Shown: positions 27,928 to 37,622, counted from the stretch's first letter. The stretch is DNA of 64,000 bases from Candidatus Latescibacterota bacterium (GCA_965261395.1 OZ253462.1:5984001-6048000), one strand, 5' to 3'. Program-made: numbers and translations. Notes: generated by a model from the sequence alone, not told the origin.

Positions 27928-29511
27928 CTATGCTGCGACAAAGCGCTCGATGACGTTGGCGGTAATGCGCGAGACGGTCTCGTCCACGAGAATCGAGGCG
28001 GGATAGGTGATGGAGCCGACGGAAAAAACCGCACCGCCGCTCGCCGTCTCGTAGTGGACGATTTCCGCGCCGCCGCGGTCCGGGTTGAGGCCGCGGGCGA
28101 TGATTTCGGTGCCGGGGGGCGAAAAGGGCGAGGTCTTGTCGGTCTCGTGGCCGGAGGCGCCGCCGGGGACCCGCTCGTGCAGGCTGGCCGCGCCAAAGGC
28201 ATCGCCGTTTTTGACGCCCGTGTTGGCGAAAATCCAGTGGTCGGCGGCGAGGACTTGATACGGCGCGGACGTCATAATGCCCGCAAGGGTACAGACCACG
28301 CCGAGCAGGTTGGCCTCGGACTCGTGGTACTGGTGAAAGCGGCTCTCGTAGCCCTCGGCCTGCTGGACGCGCATGTCGCCGTTTTTGACCTTCATCGTCT
28401 GCTCGTCGAGTAGCTCCACTTCGCAGTTTAGGCCGTTGCCTCCCAAGTACATGAGTTTGCCGCCGCGCTCGCGCACCCACGCCTTGAGGTCGTAGTACAT
28501 TTTGCGCGACCAGTACTCGGGATGGGTGGTGATTATGAGGACTTTGTACTGATCGAGGTCGAGCTGGCCAAAGTGCAATTGGGTCTCGGCGTACAGGTCG
28601 TAGGAAAGCCCCTCGCGCTCTAGCCAGCCGAGGAAGCGCCACTCGGCCGGGGCCACGTGAGAGGCGGAGCGTCCCGCGATGGGGTCGGTGATCTGGGCGT
28701 GCTCGGGAACGTGGTTGATCGGTTCGGGCCGGTCGAAGGAGAGGGGGGCGTAGTCCTCGGCGTCGAAGTTGATGTGATCGGGGTCGGTGTAGCGCTTCAG
28801 CTCTAGGCGGGCATTGATCGTCGGCGTGGGCGGAAAGCAGTCGGGGTGGATGTAGTTGGAGCGCCCGCCAAAATTGTTGTACGCGTTCCAGTTGATGTTG
28901 GCGGCGAGCACCGCGATGTCCGCGCTGGGGGCGGCTGGGGCGACGATCCAGGGAAAGGAGAAGAACGCGCCGGACTCGCCTTTGGCGTGGAAGTAGTAGA
29001 GGCCAGAGCGCTCCGGCGCGGTGACGAACTGTTTGTGGGTGGGGCTAGTGTAACCAAACTTGTTCCACATGATCCCGGTTTGCGTGTAGTCGCCGTCTGG
29101 AGTGATCTGCATGGTGGCGCGCGGCCCGTGCTCGTCGAACCAGCCCAGCGGGCGGATGTGCTCTTTTTGCCAGCCGTAGCGCCACAAATCGAGGCGGTAG
29201 GCTTCGAGCGCGTGGACGCGGAACTCGGATTGCTCGCCCGCTTGGACCCACTTGGGCCAGGCGTAGCCGAGCAACTGATGAGCGAGCAAGCGGAAGTGGT
29301 GCGGCCGGTCGGGGTGGATGTTGACCTGCCCGCGCTTGGGGCCGAAGCCGTCTTTTTGCAAGGTCACGGTGTAGGGGCCGGGGGGAATGTCGGCGAAGAC
29401 CTCGCCGGTGGCCCGCGAGCGGGTTTCGAGGTGCAGGTTTTCGTTGGCGAGTTCGAACTGCACGTCGTGTAGGGCGATGTAGCGTTCGTCGCTGACGTAG
29501 CCGATTAGCAT
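27928..29511 (-). CDS. N,N-dimethylformamidase beta-subunit family protein with N-terminal carboxypeptidase-regulatory-like domain
   Basis: SGLYY, WNAYNNFGGRSNY, LSFDRP, HPEYWS, YLGGN, GASGHETDK, GGAVFSVGSI. Confidence 0.85.
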   Translation of the reverse strand: MLIGYVSDERYIALHDVQFELANENLHLETRSRATGEVFADIPPGPYTVTLQKDGFGPKRGQVNIHPDRPHHFRLLAHQLLGYAWPKWVQAGEQSEFRVHALEAYRLDLWRYGWQKEHIRPLGWFDEHGPRATMQITPDGDYTQTGIMWNKFGYTSPTHKQFVTAPERSGLYYFHAKGESGAFFSFPWIVAPAAPSADIAVLAANINWNAYNNFGGRSNYIHPDCFPPTPTINARLELKRYTDPDHINFDAEDYAPLSFDRPEPINHVPEHAQITDPIAGRSASHVAPAEWRFLGWLEREGLSYDLYAETQLHFGQLDLDQYKVLIITTHPEYWSRKMYYDLKAWVRERGGKLMYLGGNGLNCEVELLDEQTMKVKNGDMRVQQAEGYESRFHQYHESEANLLGVVCTLAGIMTSAPYQVLAADHWIFANTGVKNGDAFGAASLHERVPGGASGHETDKTSPFSPPGTEIIARGLNPDRGGAEIVHYETASGGAVFSVGSITYPASILVDETVSRITANVIERFVAA

Positions 29512-29514
29512 GGG

Positions 29515-30186
29515 TTAGCTCCTTGGAATAGAGGCGTAGGGCAAGGGGTCGCTGGCACCGGCCCGGCGAAAGCCCGCCAAGCGCATGCGGCAACTTGTGC
29601 AGCGGCCACAGGCGAGGTCTTCGCGCTGATAGCAGGACCAGGTCAGGTGCAGGGGGGCGGCAAGCGCTAGGCCGCAGCGGATGATGGCGGCTTTGTCCCA
29701 GTCTATGAGCGGGATCTGGATGCGCACTTGGGTTTGTGGGCCAGTACCCGCGGCGACCATGCGCTCATAAGCGGTGAAAAATTCTCGTCGGCAGTCCGGG
29801 TAGTGGCTCTCTGCTTCGTGGGCACCGATGTAGATGTCGGTTGCGCCGATGACCTCGGCCCAAGCCACGGCCACGCCGAGCAAGTTGGCATTGCGGAAGG
29901 GAACGTAGGTGGTGGGTAGGCCGGCTGCGGCGTCGTTTTCGGGGATGAGCTGGGTCGCATCGACCAAGCTGGAGCCGCCGATCTGGCGCATGTAATCGAC
30001 GTCTACCACGAGGCGGGTCTCTACCTGAAAGTGGTCCGCGAGGGCGGAAAACGCCGCGAATTCGCGGCCTTCGGTGCGCTGGCGATAGCGCAAGTGGAGA
30101 AAGGCCAGTGGGCCGCGACAAGCGGCAAGGGCGGCGGTGACGCAGGAGTCGAGCCCACCGCTGACGAGGACGATTCCAAGGCTCAA
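29515..30186 (-). CDS. queC: 7-cyano-7-deazaguanine synthase
   Basis: SGGLDS, TYVPFRN, YPDCR, TWSCY..CGRCTSC; TTG start overlapping the upstream stop. Confidence 0.95.
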   Translation of the reverse strand: MSLGIVLVSGGLDSCVTAALAACRGPLAFLHLRYRQRTEGREFAAFSALADHFQVETRLVVDVDYMRQIGGSSLVDATQLIPENDAAAGLPTTYVPFRNANLLGVAVAWAEVIGATDIYIGAHEAESHYPDCRREFFTAYERMVAAGTGPQTQVRIQIPLIDWDKAAIIRCGLALAAPLHLTWSCYQREDLACGRCTSCRMRLAGFRRAGASDPLPYASIPRS

Positions 30187-31352
30187 AGCAAGAGGACGAC
30201 TTCGTTTTGGATGGGGGTCGTAACTTCCGGGCCGCTCTCTGGATCCACGTACACATTGACTTCGAGTCGCACGCCGAACTGCGGCAGGTACGCGCCCGGC
30301 TCGACGGAAAAGCCCGTGCCCGGTAGAATCGACCGCGCATCGTGGGTTTCCAAGTCGTCGAGGTTTACGCCTAGCGCGTGGATGCTCGGACCTGGGCCGA
30401 GGCTGTGCCCCGTGCGGTGGACGAATTGCTCGCCCAAACCGTGCTTTGTCATGGTTTGGCGCGCCACTTGGTCGAGCTGCCAGCCCTGCAGCACTTCGCC
30501 AGCGTGCCACGCGGCGTCGAGCCGTTCCAGCACCTGATCGCGCGCTTCGCGCACTGCGGCAAAGACCTCGGCGTGGGCCGCTGGCACGCGCGGGCCGGCA
30601 AAGGCTACCCAAGTTATGTCGCCAAACACGTGCTGCTCGCCGGGATGGCGCGCCCACAGGTCGATGAGGATCCAAGCTCCCGGCTCAATGGGGGCGGCGG
30701 TGTCCGCACGCGGCTCGTAGTGCGGATTGCCGCTGTTGCCATTGACGCCGACGATCGGCGGATGCCCGATGTCGAGGCCGCGTTGCTCCAATTCGGCGAC
30801 GATGAACGCCTGGACGTCGAATTCGGTGAGGCCGGTGTGGAGCTGGTGGCGTATGTGTTCAAAGGCCGCGTCCTTGACTGCGGCGACTTGGCGGCAGGCG
30901 TCGCGGTGCGAGGCGAGCGCGTCCGCGCTCCAGGTGGCCAAGGCGACCTGGCACAGATCGGCCGAAGACACCACTTCCGGGCCGAGGGAGCGCACCAGCT
31001 CTAAGGTGCCGCCATCGACCCAAGATACCGTAGGCAGCGCACCCCCGGGCCAGTACTCCATGGCCACCTGCGATAGCCCTCCCACCGCATCGAGTAACAG
31101 GGTATGGAGTTGTTCCCAGCTAGCGTAATGGGCGATCTCCACGCCCAGCCCGGCGAGGGCCTCCGGCTCGACCGCCGAGCCGAGCAGGCGCGGCACGCCC
31201 ACGGCCGGCACGATGAGAAAGACGCGCCGAGTCGTCTGCCGCCGCTGGCCCAACAACTGCCACAAGACCGGATTGCCGCCGCGAAAATCGTACACCAGCC
31301 AAGCGCCGATCCCCTCCTGCTGCATATAGGTCTGTATTTTTTGTAGGTCCAA
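30183..31352 (-). CDS. M24 family (Xaa-Pro) metallopeptidase
   Basis: NSGNPHY, LIDLWA..DITW, HRTGHSLG, FSVEPG. Confidence 0.92.
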   Translation of the reverse strand: MDLQKIQTYMQQEGIGAWLVYDFRGGNPVLWQLLGQRRQTTRRVFLIVPAVGVPRLLGSAVEPEALAGLGVEIAHYASWEQLHTLLLDAVGGLSQVAMEYWPGGALPTVSWVDGGTLELVRSLGPEVVSSADLCQVALATWSADALASHRDACRQVAAVKDAAFEHIRHQLHTGLTEFDVQAFIVAELEQRGLDIGHPPIVGVNGNSGNPHYEPRADTAAPIEPGAWILIDLWARHPGEQHVFGDITWVAFAGPRVPAAHAEVFAAVREARDQVLERLDAAWHAGEVLQGWQLDQVARQTMTKHGLGEQFVHRTGHSLGPGPSIHALGVNLDDLETHDARSILPGTGFSVEPGAYLPQFGVRLEVNVYVDPESGPEVTTPIQNEVVLLL

Positions 31353-31373
31353 ATGAAAGACTCCTCGGTTCGC

Positions 31374-34133
31374 TCAGTCTTGCGCGGCGAATAACTTCTG
31401 CAAGTACGCGCCCGTGTGGGAGCCAGCCGCGCCAGCCACTTCCTCGGGACGGCCGCAAGCCGTGATCGCCCCGCCGGCTTCCCCGCCTTCTGGCCCCAAG
31501 TCGATGACCCAGTCGGCGGCCGCGATAAATTCGATGTGGTGTTCAACCACCACTACGGTATTGCCCTCGTCAACTAAGCGCTGCAACAGGGCGAGCAGCA
31601 AGCGCACATCCTCCAAGTGCAGGCCCGAGGTCGGCTCGTCGAGGATGTAGAGCGCGTGATCTTCGCGCGAGCGCCCTAGTTCAGCGGCCAGCTTAACCCG
31701 CTGGGCCTCGCCGCCGGAAAAACTGGTCGCCGGTTGGCCGAGGTGCAAATACCCCAAGCCCACTTCCGCGAGGGTCGCTAGCCGCTGCGCGACTCGGGGC
31801 ACGGCGGCAAAAAGCGCGTTCGCCGCGGCCACACTCATCTCCAGCACTTCGGCGATGTGGTGCTCATGGAATCGCACGTCCAATACCTCAGCTCGATAGC
31901 GCCGTCCACTGCAAGCGGGGCAGACGACTTCGAGATCGTCGAATGCGCCCCGGCGCGTGCTGTGTACCCCTCGGCCTTTGCACAGGTCGCAGGCTCCCTC
32001 TGGGGCGTTGAAGCTGAAGTGCCCCGGCCGGTAGCCCCGCAGGCGGGCTTCGGGTAGGTCGGCAAACAGGCGGCGAATCGGCGCTAGCAACCCCGTATAG
32101 GTCGCCGCATTCGAGCGCGCGGTGCGGCCGATGGGCCGCTGATCAACCGCGACGACGCGCGTCACCTGCTCGATCCCAGCGCAAGAACTATAGGACAGGG
32201 GTCGCCGCTGAGCACCGTGCAGTTTGGCCGCCAAGAGCGGATGTAGGGTGTGGCTGACCAGCGAGCTTTTGCCCGACCCGGAAACCCCGGTCACGCAGGT
32301 CAAGGTCCCCAACGGCCATTTTACTTCGAGTTGGCGCAAGTTGTGGCCGCGGGCACCGGATAGCACCAACCACCCCTGCGGCTGGCGCGCGCGGGTGCGC
32401 GGCAATTGCAGCGCACCGCGCAGATAGCGTCCGGTCAAAGATTCGGCCGCGGCTACCTCGCTCGGCGTGCCCTCGGCCACGACCTGCCCTCCGGCAATTC
32501 CCGCGCCCGGCCCCATATCGACCAGCCAGTCGGCCCCGCGCAAGAGTGCCGAGTCGTGTTCGATTAGGAACACGGAGTTCCCGGCGTCGCGCAATGTTCT
32601 GAGCGCCTCTAGGAGCTGGGCGGCGTCGCGCGCGTGCAAACCGACGCTGGGTTCATCGAGTACGTAGAGCATCTGGGTGGTGCCCGACGACAGGGCGGAC
32701 CCGAGTCGCAGCCGCTGAAATTCTCCACTCGACAGAGTATCGGCGCGGCGGTTCAGTTGCAGGTACTCAAGACCCAGCTCTTGCAACAGGCTCAGTCGGC
32801 GGCTGATCTGGGCGCGGATGGCCTCGCCCACAGGGGCTATAGTCACGGGGAAATCGAGGCTCTGGAGCCACTCGACCGCCGCGACAACCGCGCACTCGCC
32901 GACCGCGGCAATCGACGCCCCGCCCAATTCCACGGCGAGGGACTCGGGCCGCAAGCGCGCCCCGCCGCAGCTAGGGCACGGTACGTCGTCGAGGCGTTCC
33001 TCCAGCCAGGCCAATTCCTCGCCTTCGGCTTTGGCACCGACGCGCTCAAGCCAGCGCGCCAGTCCGATAAACCGGCCTCGTCCACTCTCTCCGCGCCACA
33101 GCCGTTCGGCCGCTTGCTCCGTCCAGTCGCCTACGGGCTGTTCGGGATCGACTTGGTGCCGCCGGCAGAAGGCCTGCAGGCGGTCGCGCAAATCGCCGTG
33201 CCCAAAGTCGTGCCACAGGGGACCCAGTGCTCCTTCGAGCGTGGCCCGTCCATCGGTAAAGACCTGCTCGCTGCTCAAGCCGCTCTGGACTCCGAGGCCC
33301 CGACACGTCGCGCAGGCTCCGGCCGCGCTATTAAAGGAAAACAGCGCGGGTTCTAGGGGCGGGAAGGGCGCGCCGCAGGCCGAGCACGCTGGCCGCACGG
33401 CAAAAACCAGATCGCTTTCTGCGCCTAGGGTAGAAAGTACCACTTGGCCGTCGCCCGCCTCCAAGGCCGCTTGCAGCGACCCGTGCAAGCGGCGCGCGAT
33501 GCCCTTTTTGACCACGAGGCGATCGACGACCACGGACAGGTGCTGGGCGCAGGCGACGCGCTCGGGTGCGATGTCCTCCAGCAGCAGGTCTTGTTTGTCG
33601 AGGCGCACATGGCGGTAGCCAGCGCGATCAATCGCGGCGAGAACCTGCTCGGGCGTCTCGTCCTCCCGCAGGCGGCGCGGCGCGAGGATCATCAGGCGGG
33701 TCCCATCCGGCATACTCGCCGCCGCTTCGTTTGCTTCCTCAAAGCGATGCGTCTGCACTCGCCCACCGCAGTGGAGGCAGCCGGGCCGACCGACGCGGGC
33801 AAAGAGCAGGCGCAACAGGTCGTAGAGGCCGGACAGGGTCGCGACCGTGGCCCGTGGGCTCTGGTGGCCGGCCCCTCCCGCCAGCGCGAGGGCAGGGGCC
33901 AAGCCGTCGATGCGGCGGACCTTGGGCACGCGCAATGCGCGCCAGCCGCCTCCTTGATCCAGCGCCGCGAGAAAGCGCCGGCGCGCCTCGGCGTAAATCG
34001 TGTCCAATACGAGGGAAGTCTTGCCCGATCCGGACGGGCCGCTGAAGGCGACGAGGGATTCGTGGGGCAGGTCCAAGGAGACGGCGCGCAGGTTGTGTTC
34101 GCAGGCTTCCCGGACGATTAAAGCTGGCTGCAT
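31374..34133 (-). CDS. uvrA: UvrA-family ABC ATPase (divergent excinuclease subunit A paralogue)
   Basis: Two ABC modules (GPSGSGKT/LSSGE/LDEP and GVSGSGKS/FSGGE/LDEP), CXXC zinc motifs, FSFN. Confidence 0.85.
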   Translation of the reverse strand: MQPALIVREACEHNLRAVSLDLPHESLVAFSGPSGSGKTSLVLDTIYAEARRRFLAALDQGGGWRALRVPKVRRIDGLAPALALAGGAGHQSPRATVATLSGLYDLLRLLFARVGRPGCLHCGGRVQTHRFEEANEAAASMPDGTRLMILAPRRLREDETPEQVLAAIDRAGYRHVRLDKQDLLLEDIAPERVACAQHLSVVVDRLVVKKGIARRLHGSLQAALEAGDGQVVLSTLGAESDLVFAVRPACSACGAPFPPLEPALFSFNSAAGACATCRGLGVQSGLSSEQVFTDGRATLEGALGPLWHDFGHGDLRDRLQAFCRRHQVDPEQPVGDWTEQAAERLWRGESGRGRFIGLARWLERVGAKAEGEELAWLEERLDDVPCPSCGGARLRPESLAVELGGASIAAVGECAVVAAVEWLQSLDFPVTIAPVGEAIRAQISRRLSLLQELGLEYLQLNRRADTLSSGEFQRLRLGSALSSGTTQMLYVLDEPSVGLHARDAAQLLEALRTLRDAGNSVFLIEHDSALLRGADWLVDMGPGAGIAGGQVVAEGTPSEVAAAESLTGRYLRGALQLPRTRARQPQGWLVLSGARGHNLRQLEVKWPLGTLTCVTGVSGSGKSSLVSHTLHPLLAAKLHGAQRRPLSYSSCAGIEQVTRVVAVDQRPIGRTARSNAATYTGLLAPIRRLFADLPEARLRGYRPGHFSFNAPEGACDLCKGRGVHSTRRGAFDDLEVVCPACSGRRYRAEVLDVRFHEHHIAEVLEMSVAAANALFAAVPRVAQRLATLAEVGLGYLHLGQPATSFSGGEAQRVKLAAELGRSREDHALYILDEPTSGLHLEDVRLLLALLQRLVDEGNTVVVVEHHIEFIAAADWVIDLGPEGGEAGGAITACGRPEEVAGAAGSHTGAYLQKLFAAQD

Positions 34134-34228
34134 TGAGCCCGTCTATTCGCGCATTTTAAGGAAAACATAAGTGCATAAAACATAGTGTTTGGGTGTTGTA
34201 TAATCCAAGAAGCAGACGGGCTGGAGCA

Positions 34229-34257
34229 TTGACGCTAAATCGCTTAGTCTGTATATT
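34229..34257 (+). promoter_or_regulatory. sigma70-type promoter of the TolC-MlaC-MMPL operon
   Basis: TTGACG-17 nt-TATATT. Confidence 0.7.
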
Positions 34258-34349
34258 AACTTAACTATTTTTAACAAGTTATAGAAAATGATGGACCCGC
34301 GCTATCACCGCGAATTCCGCCTCTTCCGCCGCTGAGATTTCCCACTGGC

Positions 34350-35717
34350 ATGCAAATTTGCACCCCCTTATGGCTAGGAGTTTGGGGCCTCGCCATGTGC
34401 TTGCCCGCCCTGCCGGCCCACGCCCAAATGCCCGACAAGCGCTGGACGCTGCCTGAACTCATTGACCGCGCCTTGGAGCGCGATGGCGACGTTGCGAGCG
34501 ACCGCTGGAAGGTCGAGTCGGCCGCGGCCCGCCGCCGCCAAGCTGCAGCCGCCAAAATCCTTCCCCGCCTGCGCATTGACAGCGAAAGCGGCCTAGTCCC
34601 AGACGCTATGGGCAATGTGTTCAACCCTCCCTCCGATACCACGGGCATCCCATCCTTGGGTCCTTTTGCCCGCGCCGAACTGCAATTTGTGCAGCCGCTC
34701 TATCCCTTTAGCCTCGGTCGTCACTTAGACGAGGCTGCCACCCGAGGGGTCGATGTGGAGCAGTCCGACCTTTTGCAGACTCGGTTGGACGTGGCCTTTG
34801 CCGTCAAGGAGCTGTACTACGGACTGCTGTTGGCCCAAGCCCTAGATGCCTTGGCCCAACGCGTGAGCAAGGAGCTGGCTAATAGGGCCGAGGAACTAGA
34901 TGACGACCCTGCGCTCTCGCCATCAGACCGCTACAAGTTGCGGCTGGCCCAGCTCGACTTGGCCGTGCAGCAGCGCGAGGTGGGCGACCAATTGGCCTTG
35001 GCGCGGGCTGCGCTGGCTTGGCGCACTAGCCTGCCCAGCGATGTGCCGCTCCTGCTCCGGGCCGAGCGACTCGCGCCGGTGGCAGCCTCGGTGCCGCCCT
35101 TAGACGAGCTAGTCACACAAGCTGTCGGCCGGCGACCGGAATGGCGCAAGCTGCAGGCGGGCCTCGCCGCCAAACAGGCCCTTGCGCAAGCTGCCCGCGC
35201 CGCGTACCAGCCCCAAGTGTTCATCGGCGGCGGCTTGCGCTACGCCGTGGCCCCTGGGCGCACCGACCAGCGGAACCCATTCGTCAAAGATGAGTTTAAC
35301 TTTTTTAACGGCGGCGTCTTCATCGGGGTGCGGCAATCCTTGGAATGGCACTTGTTGGCAGCAGATGTAGCTAGGGCCCGCGCTGAATACCGCGCGCTCG
35401 AAGCGCGCGTCCCGGGCGCGCAGGAAGGGATCCGCTTAGATGTCCACCGCGCCTATTTGGGCTATCGCCGCGCCGACCGCGACCTGCAAGATGCGCGCCA
35501 GAGCCGGCAATTGGCCCGGCAGTGGCTGCGGGAAGCCCGCGACGATTTTGAGTTCGACCCGCAGACCATCGGCGAATTGATCGTCGCCTTTGAGACCTGG
35601 GCCCGCCGCGAACAAGGCTACGGCGAAGCCCTGTACGACTTTAACCTCAGCGTCGCCCGCCTCGAAAAAGCCACGGGCGGTCTCGAACTGATCCCACGCG
35701 ATGAACCATCTCCTTAG
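34350..35717 (+). CDS. TolC family outer membrane protein
   Basis: Signal peptide, two OEP-like helical repeats (VKELYYGLL; RRPEW; YLGY...; FNLSVARLEKATG). Confidence 0.85.
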   Translation: MQICTPLWLGVWGLAMCLPALPAHAQMPDKRWTLPELIDRALERDGDVASDRWKVESAAARRRQAAAAKILPRLRIDSESGLVPDAMGNVFNPPSDTTGIPSLGPFARAELQFVQPLYPFSLGRHLDEAATRGVDVEQSDLLQTRLDVAFAVKELYYGLLLAQALDALAQRVSKELANRAEELDDDPALSPSDRYKLRLAQLDLAVQQREVGDQLALARAALAWRTSLPSDVPLLLRAERLAPVAASVPPLDELVTQAVGRRPEWRKLQAGLAAKQALAQAARAAYQPQVFIGGGLRYAVAPGRTDQRNPFVKDEFNFFNGGVFIGVRQSLEWHLLAADVARARAEYRALEARVPGAQEGIRLDVHRAYLGYRRADRDLQDARQSRQLARQWLREARDDFEFDPQTIGELIVAFETWARREQGYGEALYDFNLSVARLEKATGGLELIPRDEPSP

Positions 35718-36981
35718 CGCGGCTTTGCTGTTGGCTTTGGTCGGCCCAAGCGACGGTGGGGCCGACGCAGCTTGGGCGACGGCGACCGTGGCGCAGCTAA
35801 ACGCGCTGCTAGAGGCACCCAACCGCGAGCGCGCCGGCTTGGCCGACCGCTTAGTGAGCGAGCATTTGGCCTTGGACGAGTTCACCGCGGCGACCTTTGG
35901 CGACTATCTCGAAAAGTCGCTGGACCCATACATCAGCCTGCTATCCAGCCCGCGCTTTGCACACCTCGTCGAGCACTATCGCAGCCGACTAGCTAGAGCC
36001 TACCAGCACCGCCTCAGCGCCGACTTGGCCGCCCAACTCGCTTCCCCGGACTTGCGTGGCTTGCGCTTGGATAGCCTCCAAGTGAATAGTCGGCGGGGCC
36101 GTGCGCAGCTTCGCGCGTTATTTGTCGCTCGCTCGCTCGGCGTGGAGGCCGACTTGATCTTTGCGGCCGGAACTTGGAAAATCGCTGAGCTGAAGATCGA
36201 CGGCCAGCCCGTCTCCAGCCACTATCGGCGTCGCTACCAGTCGCTGATCGACAGAGGCCATTCTCCGCCGGTACTGGAAGCCCAGCTAGCTGAGCGCGAG
36301 TTTGTCGTCCTCGAGGATTTCGCTGCTACTTGGGACGGATCGCAGCCCATGGAGTGGGGGCCGTGGAAGAAAAAGGACCGCCACAAACCCGTACTCTACC
36401 GCGTAGAGGGTCGCCCGCGGCGCTACATGGCGGCGCGCGATTCGAGCCATTCGGTCATCGTGGGAAAATTCATCCACTGGAATCCCCGCCAATACCCGAT
36501 TATGACTTGGTGCTGGCGGGCCGCAGCCTTGCCGCTAGGCGGCAACGAGTTCCTCGACGATGCCAACGACAGCGCAGCCGGCGTGTACGTCATCTTCTCC
36601 AAGAATTGGCTGGGGATTCCCAAACAGCTCAAATACGTGTGGAGCACGACCTTGCCCGAAGGCACGGTGGGGCGGCGCGACAAGATATTTCGGCCTTGGT
36701 TCTTCGTCGTCGAAAGCGGCGCGACCAACTTGGGCAAATGGACCTTTGAGGTCGTTGACTTGGAGAAACACCACCGGGAAAAGCTCGGCGGCCGGCCGGC
36801 CAAGCGCACCATTGGCTTGGGGCTGCTGACAGACGCCAACTCGACCCGTTCGTACGCCGAAGCGTACTACGCAGATCTGCGAGTCTGGACGCGTCAGGCC
36901 TTTGACGGCGGGCGTATCACCAACTATTGCGGTGGACTCCCCGTCCCCAACGGCGCGTACGCAGAGGAGAATTCTCAATGA
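35701..36981 (+). CDS. MlaC-like N-terminal domain fused to DUF3047
   Basis: WKIAELKIDG..VSSHYRRRY (MlaC-type end); C-terminal WCWRA..LP.G, NDSAAGVYVIF, LKYVWS, LLTDANST. Confidence 0.7.
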   Translation: MNHLLSAALLLALVGPSDGGADAAWATATVAQLNALLEAPNRERAGLADRLVSEHLALDEFTAATFGDYLEKSLDPYISLLSSPRFAHLVEHYRSRLARAYQHRLSADLAAQLASPDLRGLRLDSLQVNSRRGRAQLRALFVARSLGVEADLIFAAGTWKIAELKIDGQPVSSHYRRRYQSLIDRGHSPPVLEAQLAEREFVVLEDFAATWDGSQPMEWGPWKKKDRHKPVLYRVEGRPRRYMAARDSSHSVIVGKFIHWNPRQYPIMTWCWRAAALPLGGNEFLDDANDSAAGVYVIFSKNWLGIPKQLKYVWSTTLPEGTVGRRDKIFRPWFFVVESGATNLGKWTFEVVDLEKHHREKLGGRPAKRTIGLGLLTDANSTRSYAEAYYADLRVWTRQAFDGGRITNYCGGLPVPNGAYAEENSQ

Positions 36982-37613
36982 AAATGGTATGGTGCGTCGC
37001 GTGGGCCGTCTTCTGCGCGGCGGCTGTTAGTGCGGCCGCAGAGGACGACGACCCCATCGCCTTCCTCAAGGGCCACGACGCTGAGGTGCAGGCCATCCTC
37101 GCTGAGGCACCGGCCGACTCGCTACCCCCGGCCCTGCGGGAAGAGATCAAGGAGCATATCAACGCGGCCTTTGACTTCTGGGAATTGAGTCGCCTCGCCT
37201 TGGGGGATTATTGGGAAGAACGCTCCCCGGCCGAGCGCGACCACTTCGCCGAGACCTTCAGCAGCATCATCCGCGAGCAGAATTTTGCCAGCTTCTCCCG
37301 CTACTACCGCGAGGGTGAGATCCGCTACGAGTCGGCCGAGGTGCAAGGGGACGCGGCTGTGGTCCAAGCGCTGGCACCCGTGCGGGACGAGCAAATAGAG
37401 ATCGAGTACAAGCTCCATCGGGTGGAGGGTTTGTGGCGGATATACGACTTGGTCATCGACGGCGTCAGCACTGCCGAGGGCAACAGGCGACGCTACGCCC
37501 GCTACATCGAGAAAAATGGCTACGAGCAGCTAATCGTCCAGCTCGACAAGCAGTTGGCCCGCCTGCGGGAAACGATTCTCTCGCCGCCTTCAGGCGGTGC
37601 AACCGAGGATTAA
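36978..37613 (+). CDS. MlaC/Ttg2D (HpnM-like) periplasmic lipid-binding protein
   Basis: FDFWELSRLALG, WRIYDLVIDGVS; RBS gaggag before ATG 36978. Confidence 0.85.
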   Translation: MKMVWCVAWAVFCAAAVSAAAEDDDPIAFLKGHDAEVQAILAEAPADSLPPALREEIKEHINAAFDFWELSRLALGDYWEERSPAERDHFAETFSSIIREQNFASFSRYYREGEIRYESAEVQGDAAVVQALAPVRDEQIEIEYKLHRVEGLWRIYDLVIDGVSTAEGNRRRYARYIEKNGYEQLIVQLDKQLARLRETILSPPSGGATED

Positions 37614-37622
37614 CCCTCCGCC

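Larger units (their letters stand above)
19413..28042 (-). mobile_element. 8.6-kb type I R-M/TA/RAYT accessory island without integrase
   Basis: Bracketed by 138-bp direct repeats 8630 bp apart; separates the DMFase-like gene from queF. Confidence 0.75.

Noticed and set aside
18879-30186. queC/queF flanking an R-M island as a 7-deazaguanine DNA modification (dpd) system
   Set aside because: No DpdA/TGT-like, DpdB, queD, queE or folE gene is present. The que genes lie outside the island repeats, and QueF points to tRNA queuosine synthesis.
30187-30675. N-terminal extension of QueC given in the ORF track (386 aa)
   Set aside because: It overlaps the M24 peptidase; a TTG at 30186 overlapping the peptidase stop gives a normal-sized QueC.
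34262-34281. TAACT-N10-AGTTA motif (similar one near 1784-1802) as a shared regulator or IHF site
   Set aside because: Only two loose AT-rich matches with different spacing; could be chance.
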